The position numbers and the translations under genes are program-made. A stretch of DNA of 64,000 nt from Guillardia theta CCMP2712 (taxonomy: Eukaryota; Protista; Cryptophyta). The notes under the pieces are model-generated. The model did not search any database and was not told the origin of the DNA. It saw nothing but the letters and a program-made list of their open reading frames with translations. The DNA lies in the NCBI RefSeq assembly GCF_000315625.1, contig NW_005434638.1:251300-315299 (forward strand). Direction: 5' to 3'. Below are positions 1 through 10,379 of this stretch, one piece after another. Numbering within the stretch: position 1 is the stretch's first letter; each line of letters opens with the position of its first letter.

Positions 1-3000
1 GCTCGCTCCCGCTCCCTACTCGCCCGTAGAAAGTGTACACCTCCCCTCGCTCTGCCTTGATGAAACCAGCCCACTTTGAAAAGATTGTTCCATTCAGGAG
101 CATGCCGCTTGCATTGTTCTCTAAGTGATAAGAAGATTGCACGGAGACAACTTGAGGCAGAAACAAGGAACCGGAAGACTGATAGTAAGTTGCCCAGAGC
201 CCTGAATCATCCGGCAAACTCTTAAAGTAGCCTGAATATTGAAACACCAGTGGTTGATTCACTGTAATTTGCGAGTCCTGAACAAGAAATCTCTGAGAGT
301 AAAGAGTCAGAAAGGGAGAATTGCCAGCGACTGTGTTCGCTGTGAAGACATCGACCTTCAAACAACCATCCTTTGCACCTTCCAAATTCAACACCCGCAA
401 CCCGCTCTTCTCTGTTAAGGCTGCACCATAGATCTCTCCATCGTGTATATCAGAGGATAGCACCCTTGTATCTCCAAAGAACTTTGACATGATAGTCAGA
501 TTTCTGTCAGGAGACGGGTTTCCGTAAGCGTCGTTGATGAAAATCGAGAAAGTGGATTGAGCCCCAGCGGTAGCGAGGGTCAAGTACATCCCTTGAGCTA
601 GACAAGCCCCAGTGCATGCTGCTGAAGGGTTGACAGTCAAGTTCTGTGGGAAACCCTGAAAGAGCCCCTGAGCAATGAACGCTGAAGACGGAACCAGGGA
701 AAAGGCGGCTCCTCCTACCTGCCATTGAAGCTCCAGATCATAATTTGCCGCGCACCGAACGTTCGCTTCTACTCTGATGGGATAGAAGGATGAAGTCGTA
801 GGAAACGTGTAAGGGAACCTCACTTCAAGACTTGCCAATGACGACCATGAGTCAACAAGCAATTGATCATCTATCCACAGGCGCATCCTCTCTTCAATGC
901 TATTTGCTTTCAAGGAGAAGTTGTACGTCTGTCCTAATACGGGGACAATCGATCCTTGATATCTGAAGCTGAAGGATTGACCTCTGAGCAGATTGCTTCC
1001 TGTCGGAACTCCATTGCAACTACAAACAGATCTAGTGCAAAGGTTGACGTTGGGCACTCCTTCTACCAGTGATGCTTTTGGCGAAGTAAGGTTAAGACTC
1101 TGATAGTACGTCGCTGACAGACTTCCAGGATAGAGAAAGGACACATCGACATCGTAACGTCCTGCATGGGTCAACAGATATGAAATGCTGCAGTCTGCTG
1201 AGGTTGAAACAGACTGATTCTGATAGTCATACGCAGCTTGAGAGATCTGAAAATAACGCGAATATTCACACGTATCGATACTGTTTCCATACTGGTCTCT
1301 CGTCCTCACAGCAAACTGTGACAGCGTTCCAGCAGTTGTCAGCGACAATTCATTGCCGTATGCTTGAGACAATGTGGGACTGCTGATAGACGGGTTGACA
1401 GTAGTCTTGTATGGACTAGCATTGATGGGATAGGAGAAGAAGAGATTGTTGGAGGTGATCGAAACAAAACCTTCAGTCACCAGCGCATTCTTCCATCGCA
1501 ATGATAGTCCGCTACTCAATGTTGAAGTGGAGTAGTCGGCTTCAAAGTAGAACAGACTGGTCGATTTGAACGTGTAGTTTGACTGCAAAGTTAAAGATTG
1601 CAAGCTGTCCCACTGGTCCACGAAGATGAAGTTATCAATCCAAATGCGTACACGATCATTGACTGACAACAACGTCAACTCAAAGGTCCGTGAAAGACTC
1701 GATGAAATCTGAAGGAATCCTGTCAAATGGGCATTCAAACTATTCCAATCGGAAGGGATTTCCAGGTTTGACACGTTGAAAGACAGAGAACTCAACGACT
1801 GTGTGATCGTTGCTACCGAATCAGCAGATGAAACAGCCGCCGTGATGCCTCCAACTTCTGTCAACGAACAGAATATGTTGTAAGAGCCTGCGATGTTGAC
1901 ATTTTGGATGATGAAAGCCCACAAACCAGCAGAGAAGTAGGACGCTGTGCTTCTGACAGCTTTTGCAGACTTTGTCTCGATTGCAAACTCAACGATAATC
2001 TGATTGGTAATGGCTGAATTAAGATCGTTGCCATAACTGTCTTTCGTCTGAACGTAAAGAATGGAAATCAGTCCTGCTGTTTGCACACCCAAGGCTTGCC
2101 CTGACACCGTAGACATAGATGCACAGACAGAAGACGGTAAAACTTGGACTGAAAACGGACTGTCTCCTATGGAGGCAAGAAAGACGAGTTGTTCTGGATC
2201 GACGACTTGTCTATCAAAGCCGCTACCACTCCAATCGAGCTCCAAATAGAAAACTCCAGTGACATAAAAGTATTCGATCACGACTTCATACAGATTGGAA
2301 GTAGCCAAGTAAAACTGCTGATTGATGACAAGAGGTGATGTGGGTAGAAAGCTGTCAAACAATGTCATACCATTGAAGTACAACCTTGTAGGTGAAGAAC
2401 TGTTGACATAGATGGTATACATCCCTGACACCTTGGGCTTCAAGAACCCTCTCTTCCTTCCACCATAATATCCCGACAAGGCTGGAAGCTGTGAATCTTG
2501 GGTAGATGCTAAGATAGGAGTAGTGAAAAACCGATCGCTGTAATATGTGGAAGACAATCCACCGGAAAGCAACAGATAATATGATACTAGGAAGGATCCC
2601 TTCTGATTGATGGAGACTGAGAATGACTGTAATGAAGTGTTGTAGAGCATAGAAGAGGTATCGTATTCGCGGAGAACAATCGTTTCACCAGGTACATCGT
2701 TCTGGAACGAGTCCTGGACAACGATTGAAAGTTTTGATGGGGTCCCTGCTGTCATGAGCGTCAGGCCGGACCCGAGCAATTGACTCTTAGAGGCGCACAC
2801 AGGAGCAGGCACTATCTCGACTGATGTTTCAGAGATTCCTACTGGAGCGCAAGCGTAAAAAACATTCCCACTCACTCGCCAAGACTGACTTGAACCAGTG
2901 GTGATAGACAATGACGAGATGTTGGTGCTGTTGCTATATTGTTGAAATTCTGATCTGATGCTCAAGTATTCGTTCGTCGTCCCTCCAAAGTCGTACGTCC

Positions 3001-5686
3001 CGCTGCTCTCCCTCCCCCCGTCTAGACTGCTCCAGTGATCCAAGATCAGCTCGTTGTCTACCCACACCTTCACCCGCTCGCTCCCGCTCCCTACCCGCCC
3101 GTAGAAAGTGTACACCTCCCTTCCCTCCGGCCGCATGAAGCCTCCCCACCGTATGCTGAAGCCCGCGTAGTTGGATATGCTCGAGCCGGGGGGAGGGGAG
3201 CCAGGGGCTGCGGAGAAGTCCATGTCGGGGACGGGAGCAGACTTGACAGCGAAGGCGGGGTCAAGGTCGGGAGAGTCGTAGTAGGTGGCAGATAAGATAC
3301 CAGGAGTCAAAATACAGTTGACCACTCGTCCGTATCCAGCTTTAGTGGCATTATACACGATGACGGAGCTGCCGTTGACTTGGATAAGCGTTCCTCTCAC
3401 ATCCTTGACGCCAGCCACGGAATACACCAGAATCATATCGAAGATGACGTCATTGAGGTTTATAGGATTCATGTACGAGTCGTATGCTGCAATTGTGAAT
3501 GGGCTTGACTGCCCTGCAGTTGCTATAGTAAGAGCGTTTCCAAATACCTGTGAGAACCTTGAATTGACTCCCGAAGGATGAACCGAACATCTGATGGGAC
3601 TATCGATGGTTAATATGCCATTGAAGCTGATAAACATTTCATAGGTTCCAGAGGAAGTCAAGAGATATTTTACAGTAGTCGCAGGAGAATTCACCCCCGG
3701 GTCTTGAGCTGGGAAAGAAATTTGGTCGGTTGAAGAACCAACCTTTGAAGCGTTGAGCTGCATATTCGAATATGAGATGGAGACTTCGTTTCCGTGTTCG
3801 TCGAATGAAAACACAGTGAATTGAGATGAGATGCCTGCTGTGGCGATGGATAATCCGTCACCAACCGTACGAAAGGACGAGACTGAAGCGACGTTCGGAG
3901 AGATGTTTATCTGAAAAGGGCTGCCGTGGACGTGAAATCCTTCGTAGCGACAGAATACCGTAAATGTCCCCGCTATTGTAGATATTGTCGCTACATCCAA
4001 ATGATCCCATGCTTGACTTTCAGAAGCCAAGATGTTGTATATCCTGTTGCTGACGGAATGCCTCGCTGTAATTTCAAAACTATCTAGAGATGCTTGTGTA
4101 GGATTTTGATATTTGTCTCGGACTTTGATGGTCATTTGTATTTGATCTCCGGCCTTGAAACTCATATCATCATTCAGCGAGAGAAGACAATTGTGGGCAT
4201 GAGCCGAGCCCGGGATAATGATGAAGGTTGCTGAAGGCAAATTTCCAGATGGTGTGAATAATGTGAGAGGTTGGGAATAACTTAAAGCGAAAGACTTTGA
4301 AGAAAACGGATTGGATGCCTGATACTCTGACTTCATACTGAAGTATTCGTTCGTCGTCCCTCCAAAGTCGTACGTCCCGCTGCTCTCCCTCCCCCCGTCT
4401 AGACTGCTCCAGTGATCCAAGATCAGCTCGTTGTCTACCCACACCTTCACCCGCTCGCTCCCGCTCCCTACCCGCCCGTAGAAAGTGTACACCTCCCCTC
4501 CCTCCGGCCGCATGAAGCCTCCCCACCGTATGCTGAAGCCCGCGTAGTTGGATATGCTCGAGCCGGGGGGAGGGGAGCCAGGGGCTGCGGAGAAGTCCAT
4601 GTCGGGGACGGGAGCAGACTTGACAGCGAAGGCGGGGTCAAGGTCGGGAGAGTCGTAGTAGGTGGCAGCAATGAGGTCAGAGGATAGAAAGAAATATTTG
4701 AGATCGTAGATTCCAGTTACATTGGGAGAGAGAAAATTGTATTGTAGTCCATCTGGCACAACTTCATGAGACATTGAAAGCGAGTAGACGGTAAAAGGAG
4801 TAGAAACCACGATCGTAAAGTTTTCTCCATCAACAGGGTTACCCCATGAGTCAAAGAATAATATTGTGGTGTTTACAGGAGAGGAGGGAAGGAGAAGCTT
4901 GGGAAACAGAGCAGCAGAGGACAGCAAAGGTGAAGGCCTTCCAGGAACAACCCATACAGGGCTGATGCGAAGGTCAATAACTGTTAGAATCAAGGAACCT
5001 GTCAGCAATTGAAGATTCATGCTTTCAGAGCTCCACAGAACTTCTAGTACTCGCCAATCGAACACGCTGACATTGAGACGGAAATCATTGATTTCGCTGT
5101 GATTGAGAAAAACAGATTGAGATCCCCCAACCTTGTACAGATCCTTGTTTATAGTCATGGCATATCCAGAGGTCATATCCAACCCGTCTGTCTTGATCTG
5201 AAATCGGTAATATCCTGAAACTATTGGCTGCAAATTAGCAGTCCAAGTCATCAGGTAAGGCAAAGTTTCAAGATCTTCCTTCAGGCATCTAGAAGACGGT
5301 AGGGAAAAGTTTCTGATTGGGTCGAGCAAGAGACCCGGAGATTCGGAGCTCGAATACAACGTTACTTTCATTCCAGGGACAGCTTTCCTGATTTCCAAGT
5401 CCATCGCGCCGGCTTTCTGCGGTGTTATTGACAACTCCATGTTCGAATTGGCCTCCATCGCGTAGTACAAGTCTTCTCCGGTGCTGGAGCCGCCTTTCAG
5501 TATAGCTGATACAACAGCACCTTCACGCATCAAGAATTCATCTTGGGAGCTGATGATGAGTGTAAACGGAGAACCTGCTGTCATCAAGATCCTTTCGGAG
5601 ATGTTGTTCTCGGTGGAGCTGGCAAGAACTTTCCATTGCCAAGAGAGAATGAAAAGCACGAGAGCGATTCGCCGAGGAAGCGACAT
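1..5686 (-). CDS. Giant secreted/surface protein with alternating PA14 and filamin/Ig-like repeats (5' part; runs off the left edge)
   Basis: ATG at 5686 gives the signal peptide MSLPRRIALVLFILSWQWKVLA. The same frame holds at anchors 4666, 3289 and 40. PA14 signature ATYYDSPDL...FSIRWGGFMRP...YTFY...ERVKVWVDNELILDHW, plus TAG...FTV...D..GN filamin-like repeats. Probably absent from the ORF track because no stop falls in the window; not every codon was checked. Confidence 0.85.
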   Translation of the reverse strand, partial: MSLPRRIALVLFILSWQWKVLASSTENNISERILMTAGSPFTLIISSQDEFLMREGAVVSAILKGGSSTGEDLYYAMEANSNMELSITPQKAGAMDLEIRKAVPGMKVTLYSSSESPGLLLDPIRNFSLPSSRCLKEDLETLPYLMTWTANLQPIVSGYYRFQIKTDGLDMTSGYAMTINKDLYKVGGSQSVFLNHSEINDFRLNVSVFDWRVLEVLWSSESMNLQLLTGSLILTVIDLRISPVWVVPGRPSPLLSSAALFPKLLLPSSPVNTTILFFDSWGNPVDGENFTIVVSTPFTVYSLSMSHEVVPDGLQYNFLSPNVTGIYDLKYFFLSSDLIAATYYDSPDLDPAFAVKSAPVPDMDFSAAPGSPPPGSSISNYAGFSIRWGGFMRPEGGEVYTFYGRVGSGSERVKVWVDNELILDHWSSLDGGRESSGTYDFGGTTNEYFSMKSEYQASNPFSSKSFALSYSQPLTLFTPSGNLPSATFIIIPGSAHAHNCLLSLNDDMSFKAGDQIQMTIKVRDKYQNPTQASLDSFEITARHSVSNRIYNILASESQAWDHLDVATISTIAGTFTVFCRYEGFHVHGSPFQINISPNVASVSSFRTVGDGLSIATAGISSQFTVFSFDEHGNEVSISYSNMQLNASKVGSSTDQISFPAQDPGVNSPATTVKYLLTSSGTYEMFISFNGILTIDSPIRCSVHPSGVNSRFSQVFGNALTIATAGQSSPFTIAAYDSYMNPINLNDVIFDMILVYSVAGVKDVRGTLIQVNGSSVIVYNATKAGYGRVVNCILTPGILSATYYDSPDLDPAFAVKSAPVPDMDFSAAPGSPPPGSSISNYAGFSIRWGGFMRPEGREVYTFYGRVGSGSERVKVWVDNELILDHWSSLDGGRESSGTYDFGGTTNEYLSIRSEFQQYSNSTNISSLSITTGSSQSWRVSGNVFYACAPVGISETSVEIVPAPVCASKSQLLGSGLTLMTAGTPSKLSIVVQDSFQNDVPGETIVLREYDTSSMLYNTSLQSFSVSINQKGSFLVSYYLLLSGGLSSTYYSDRFFTTPILASTQDSQLPALSGYYGGRKRGFLKPKVSGMYTIYVNSSSPTRLYFNGMTLFDSFLPTSPLVINQQFYLATSNLYEVVIEYFYVTGVFYLELDWSGSGFDRQVVDPEQLVFLASIGDSPFSVQVLPSSVCASMSTVSGQALGVQTAGLISILYVQTKDSYGNDLNSAITNQIIVEFAIETKSAKAVRSTASYFSAGLWAFIIQNVNIAGSYNIFCSLTEVGGITAAVSSADSVATITQSLSSLSFNVSNLEIPSDWNSLNAHLTGFLQISSSLSRTFELTLLSVNDRVRIWIDNFIFVDQWDSLQSLTLQSNYTFKSTSLFYFEADYSTSTLSSGLSLRWKNALVTEGFVSITSNNLFFSYPINASPYKTTVNPSISSPTLSQAYGNELSLTTAGTLSQFAVRTRDQYGNSIDTCEYSRYFQISQAAYDYQNQSVSTSADCSISYLLTHAGRYDVDVSFLYPGSLSATYYQSLNLTSPKASLVEGVPNVNLCTRSVCSCNGVPTGSNLLRGQSFSFRYQGSIVPVLGQTYNFSLKANSIEERMRLWIDDQLLVDSWSSLASLEVRFPYTFPTTSSFYPIRVEANVRCAANYDLELQWQVGGAAFSLVPSSAFIAQGLFQGFPQNLTVNPSAACTGACLAQGMYLTLATAGAQSTFSIFINDAYGNPSPDRNLTIMSKFFGDTRVLSSDIHDGEIYGAALTEKSGLRVLNLEGAKDGCLKVDVFTANTVAGNSPFLTLYSQRFLVQDSQITVNQPLVFQYSGYFKSLPDDSGLWATYYQSSGSLFLPQVVSVQSSYHLENNASGMLLNGTIFSKWAGFIKAERGEVYTFYGRVGSGSE
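2964..3291 (-). repeat. 328-bp PA14-coding cassette, copy A
   Basis: Matches 4341-4668 with one visible mismatch; in frame with the host gene. Confidence 0.95.
4341..4668 (-). repeat. 328-bp PA14-coding cassette, copy B
   Basis: Matches 2964-3291; a third partial copy lies at 1-48. Confidence 0.95.
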
Positions 5687-5844
5687 GGCGGGGGGCGAGC
5701 AGCTCAGGTGAGAGAGAGCGTCTCACCTCCCGCGCGGTCGGAGGCTGAGCACATGAGCGACAACCAGACGGATCGTGAGGATATCATGAGCGACAACGTC
5801 GAAAAAACAAATCAAACCGCTTAGTCAATTTGAAAAGTTTGAGA

Positions 5845-6310
5845 GCCGGACTCGGGACAGCCGGGCCGCCGCCCGGCCGGCGGCGGCCCCGGGCCGGACT
5901 TTGCGGACGGTCGGGCAGTGACGCACACTGAGCGACCGCACGCCGGCCCCTCGGACTCCGGAAGTCACACGGCTTTGGCATTGGACGGACCATCATCACG
6001 GTCACGTGTCAAGCCGCCGCGTCACGGACGGACTGTGAACTGAGGTTCACTGCCAAATTCCGAGCTCAGTTAGTCTGAGTTGTGCTGGAGCCCCCCCGGC
6101 CTCAAGTCGGATCTGGCCGCTCCCGGAGGCCCGGCGGCCGCGGGGCGCTCACGTGAGCCACTGACTCTCAGCACCCGGCATGTCAGTGTCCCCGGGCCCG
6201 GACCACACGTCCCCGGGCCCGGGCCACACTCCGGGACTCAGTGGGGAGTCTAAAAAATCAAAGTTAAGTTAAAAATCAGCACGAGGACAATCTTAACTTT
6301 GAGTAATAAT
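5845..6310. promoter_or_regulatory. GC-rich island between divergent genes, ending in the TCAAAGTTAAG motif
   Basis: GCCCGG/CCCGGGCCC-rich tract between divergent starts (5686 minus, 6931 plus). Similar islands occur at 31710, 46600 and 53400. Confidence 0.45.
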
Positions 6311-6930
6311 CTGACAAGTAGAGGAGGCGTCACTTTCAAAGGGCCCCACCTGGAGTATCTCCGAAGTTCACTAACGCCTGCGCCATGGCTGGCCCCCAGA
6401 TGCCAGGGGTGGGTCCTGAGTCCGCAACTGAAATGCAGCCCACCCGTACCCAAGCCTTGAAGGTGCAGTAGGATGATATGGTAGGGTTATATCATGTGAG
6501 GGGTGGCTGTGTTTGAAAAAGGAATGGTGCAGGGCAAGCATGGTGCGCGGGGAGAAAAGGAGAGCAGATGAGAGCTGTTTGGGAGATGATGCTGTCAAGC
6601 TTGTCTTCTTTCTGCTGTGTGGTAGATATCGTGTAACTTTTTCAGAGCGATGGGCACCTGCCCTGCAGCCTGCCCTGTCTGCTCTATACCTCACAGCTTC
6701 CTACCTCATTCCGCATTCTTTTGTTTGCTTTTCCCCTGCATTCACATTGTTCTACTCCTCCAACCCCTCCGCGTCTCTTCTATCTCTTTCAGTAGGAATG
6801 GTAAAACGGGGTCACGAGGGAGGAACATGAAAGGAAGCAGTCTAGAAGTTTCTCTGCTGATCCATACCGCAGGTCTCGGGATCTCGTCGACACGATGATC
6901 GGAGGATCCTGGCACTAGAGGAGGCTCGGA

Positions 6931-7720
6931 ATGTTGAGATGCTTTGGGAGCCCGTCTCAAGTGAGACCGGAGAACGAGCAAACAGAGGAGGAGCTCGAGA
7001 AAGCAAAGAAAAAGATCTCGGAGCTGGAAGGGAAGCTGACGAGTTTGGCAAGAGAGAAAAAAGAGCTTCAGCTGGCGCTCCAGCAGGCGACTGTCAAGAA
7101 CGCACCTGCCAGGCCAGAGAATGCTCGAGGATGGGAGAACGGAAACTATCAGACCTCGCACGACAGCAAGTTCGCAGTGAACAAGTTAGAAGTTGTGGGG
7201 GGCGATGGGAAGCCTCAGGCCATGTTAGGAAAGATCGAGGAGAGAGTGCAAGAAGGAACAAGTATATTGGGAGAGGAGCTGCTGAGGGACAAGACGAATG
7301 CCGAGCAGATATGTGATGCTTTGGCATGGCTCAGATTTTAGAGTATGATCTAAACAATGTTGTGGTATCGACTCGTCTCAGACACAGTTGCGACTTCCTT
7401 TGTCACCATGGATCCAAATCAAGCCTGTTCGAATTGGAATGTTCCATCAGCTCTGTGACTGTGTCAGCCTGTCACACGAGCACTGCTCTGAGAAGCTCCG
7501 GACACAGAACGGTTCGTTATGACTCCTGCCGAGTCAGTAAGGTGTGCACACCAACTGGACTTGGATTCAAGTGGAAGTCGAGCTCGAGCGCATCGGTAGT
7601 CAGTTGTGGACTAGTGTCTCTCAGAGAGCACCCGGGTGTGGCAGTTGAGATAGAGTAGTATCTCTCTAGGTGATCTCGCGAGGCTCCACTGACTGGCCAT
7701 GGGTTCAGTGAGATGGGATG
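6931..7720 (+). CDS. Hypothetical coiled-coil protein (3' end uncertain)
   Basis: ORF with heptads EEELEKAKKKISELEGKLTSLAREKKELQLALQQ; probably spliced downstream. Confidence 0.5.
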
Positions 7721-8453
7721 GTACATGTTCGGAGATGACGACCAGAGTTAGTTTTCCACTTGTTGGAAGTTGGCGACTGAGAAGTACTGATGAGGGGTTG
7801 TTGTCTAAGCCTTGTCATTCGGCCCCGCTGTACTTTCATTCCGACGCCTTGATCACACCCGCAATCATCCCAACATACTTTTGTAGTGTGACTTACCGTA
7901 CTCAGTTTGATGACTCTAGTGCTTCTGCCCGGGCCCGGGGAACACTGGCGGCCTCGACGCGCGTACGGCACGGTAGTCATGCTGAGTGACTGTACTGTCT
8001 CGTGTTGATTAAGACCATTTGCTATTGCTATTGTCAACCACTGCATTCAAGTACCGGCGACCGTGACTCAGTGAGTAACGCCTTCCCGAAGTTCCGTGCA
8101 CCAGTCCGTGCACCCGTGCACTGTCAAACGACTGGTCTGCCAGCAATCGCGGTTTCCAAGTTAAAATACAATTAGCTAAATCCTTTTAAACGTTCGTTGG
8201 AAAGTTTATGGTTCGCACAATGAGGGCGGGAGGTGACAGGGAGTGAGGGGATGAAGAGAGTCGATGACAGGCTTGTCACGCCTGAGAGGGAGTCAGCGGT
8301 AAGATGGGGCCTGATGCTCGGTACCTTGTGAGGAATCTGCTAATGAGTCCCTTACAAGTTGAGGCTACTTCATCCTTGACTGCGTCATTCTCGTTCTCGG
8401 CCCTTGAACAGTAAGTTACGGAAGTTTCTCGATAGCTAGTAGAAGCCACAGCG

Positions 8454-10339
8454 ATGGAGAGTGACATTGTCGAGGAAGACGTAGATGACATATTCTTCCC
8501 CCCAGCGAAGCCGGTCAGAGCCGCTTCACGTCCAGCCCGCGCTGGTCGTCGAGCCATGTTAGCTTCTTCGGACGAACAGGATGATTCGGGTGCAGGAGAT
8601 CAACCCACGACGTATGGGAGCAGCATAGCACAACGAAATGATACAAGAGTGCAATCAGAGGAAACGGCTGCAGACAAAGGAACAGGGTCTTCCGGTTACT
8701 CCGCCAGTCTTGGGAGTTATAATCCCTCGAATCGGAGACGGAGAAACTTCTTGTTGGGCGGCTTGATAAACAAGGACCCTGACAATGATGACGATGGCAA
8801 GGAGAATGTCGTTGACAACTCAGAAAGCAACGTTTCATCTGAGAGGCAAGAAAAACTACGACCGAGCTTCTCCTCATCGCCGCAACCTGGGCAGGACAAC
8901 AATTACAGTCAAGACAGGACCAACCCAACCTCCTATCAACAGCAAGATTCTGCTCCATCACGATCGCCTGGGCCTGGTGCACAGGCTCCATCGTTCATGG
9001 GGAGAGATGCGAGCAATGCGGTTGTGCAACCTGCACAGTATAGTGGCTCTGTTGATCCGCCTCAGTCCTCCAAGCCGAACTTTCCTTTGATGCAGAATGC
9101 GAACGCAGCGGAGTCGAAGCAAGGATCGATGAGCAACGGGATGATGATGGGTGTTGGGCTCAACTCTATGGCTGCGCCTTCCTCCATGCCAGCGAAAGGA
9201 GGCTTCAAGTTCAAGTTCGGGGGGAAGGGAGTGGAGCTTCCGTCGGCAGGGGGGATGATGGCGATCCACGAGGAGAGAGGTCAAAACACTCAGGGAGAGG
9301 ATCAAAGTCTACAAGGAAACCGACACATGTCCTCGTCTCCCTCAGCTGTTGGACCTTCTGTGCGATCCTCCCACCAGTCTCATCACAGTTTCGCCCCGTC
9401 CAGGTCGGAGGAGAGTTCGATCTCCCCAGAGACCTCCAAGCCGAAGCACAGGCGGGACGGAGATGTGAAATCGTTCAAGAGCGATCGGCTGAGACTGTTG
9501 GAGGAAGAGCTGAACGCGCTGGAAGTCACCCAGAAGCTTTCAAATGCTTACGTAGATGACAAGGTATGATTGGACGGATGAGCACTGTTCGAATGAAGTG
9601 ACATGCTGGTCTTAGGGACAAGATCTGAAGACGAAGCAGAGGAAGATGAATGAACCAAGATCTGCTGAGATTGACGTCCAGGCAAAGGTGGACACAGGTC
9701 TTCGACATGGAAACGATTCAGAGAGCATCAAGGCGGAGTTGCTGAAAGCTTACAAGCAAGCCGAGGAATACAGGAGGCAGTGCGAGAGGTAGAATTTGCT
9801 CTTCCTCCCTTTCTACTTCTCCTTCTCTTTCGATCGGCCGAACGATGGGCTGATTGACTGCTTCTCTGAAGGTATAAAACACAGCTTGATCAATTCACAA
9901 ACGCATATGATGAGATAGCAAGACTGAAGAATCTTGTTGCAGAGAAGGTGAACTATCCCATCTGTTCCTCTCCTGATCACCCCTACCGATACATCCCATG
10001 AACCTTTCCATGAACTTGCTCTGCTTCTTGTACCCTCCTTCCATCCTCTCCCTCTCCTCTTGCTTTCCTAGGCTTGCCCTCTTCTCTCTCGACTGACGTC
10101 TGTGCAGGTGAAAGTGATCTCGATCCTAGAAAAGGAAAGGAGCTCGTTGAACAAGGTACATCGCCAGTACCAGAAGGAGTACAAGGGGCAGGAGACACTG
10201 GAGGCAGAGCATGCGGAGAGGATGCGGAGGCTGAACGAGGAGCTGAGGGTCTCCAAGGCAAGAGTCGCCAAGTACAAAGAGATTCATGCTGAGCTCGAGT
10301 CGCAACTCACCAAGGCAGAAGACAAGGTGCCGACTACGA

Positions 10340-10379
<40 letters not shown>

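Noticed and set aside
2934-4687. Duplicated short ORFs in the track (MGRLHAAG..., MIQDQLVV...)
   Set aside because: Alternative frames of the repeated PA14 cassette.
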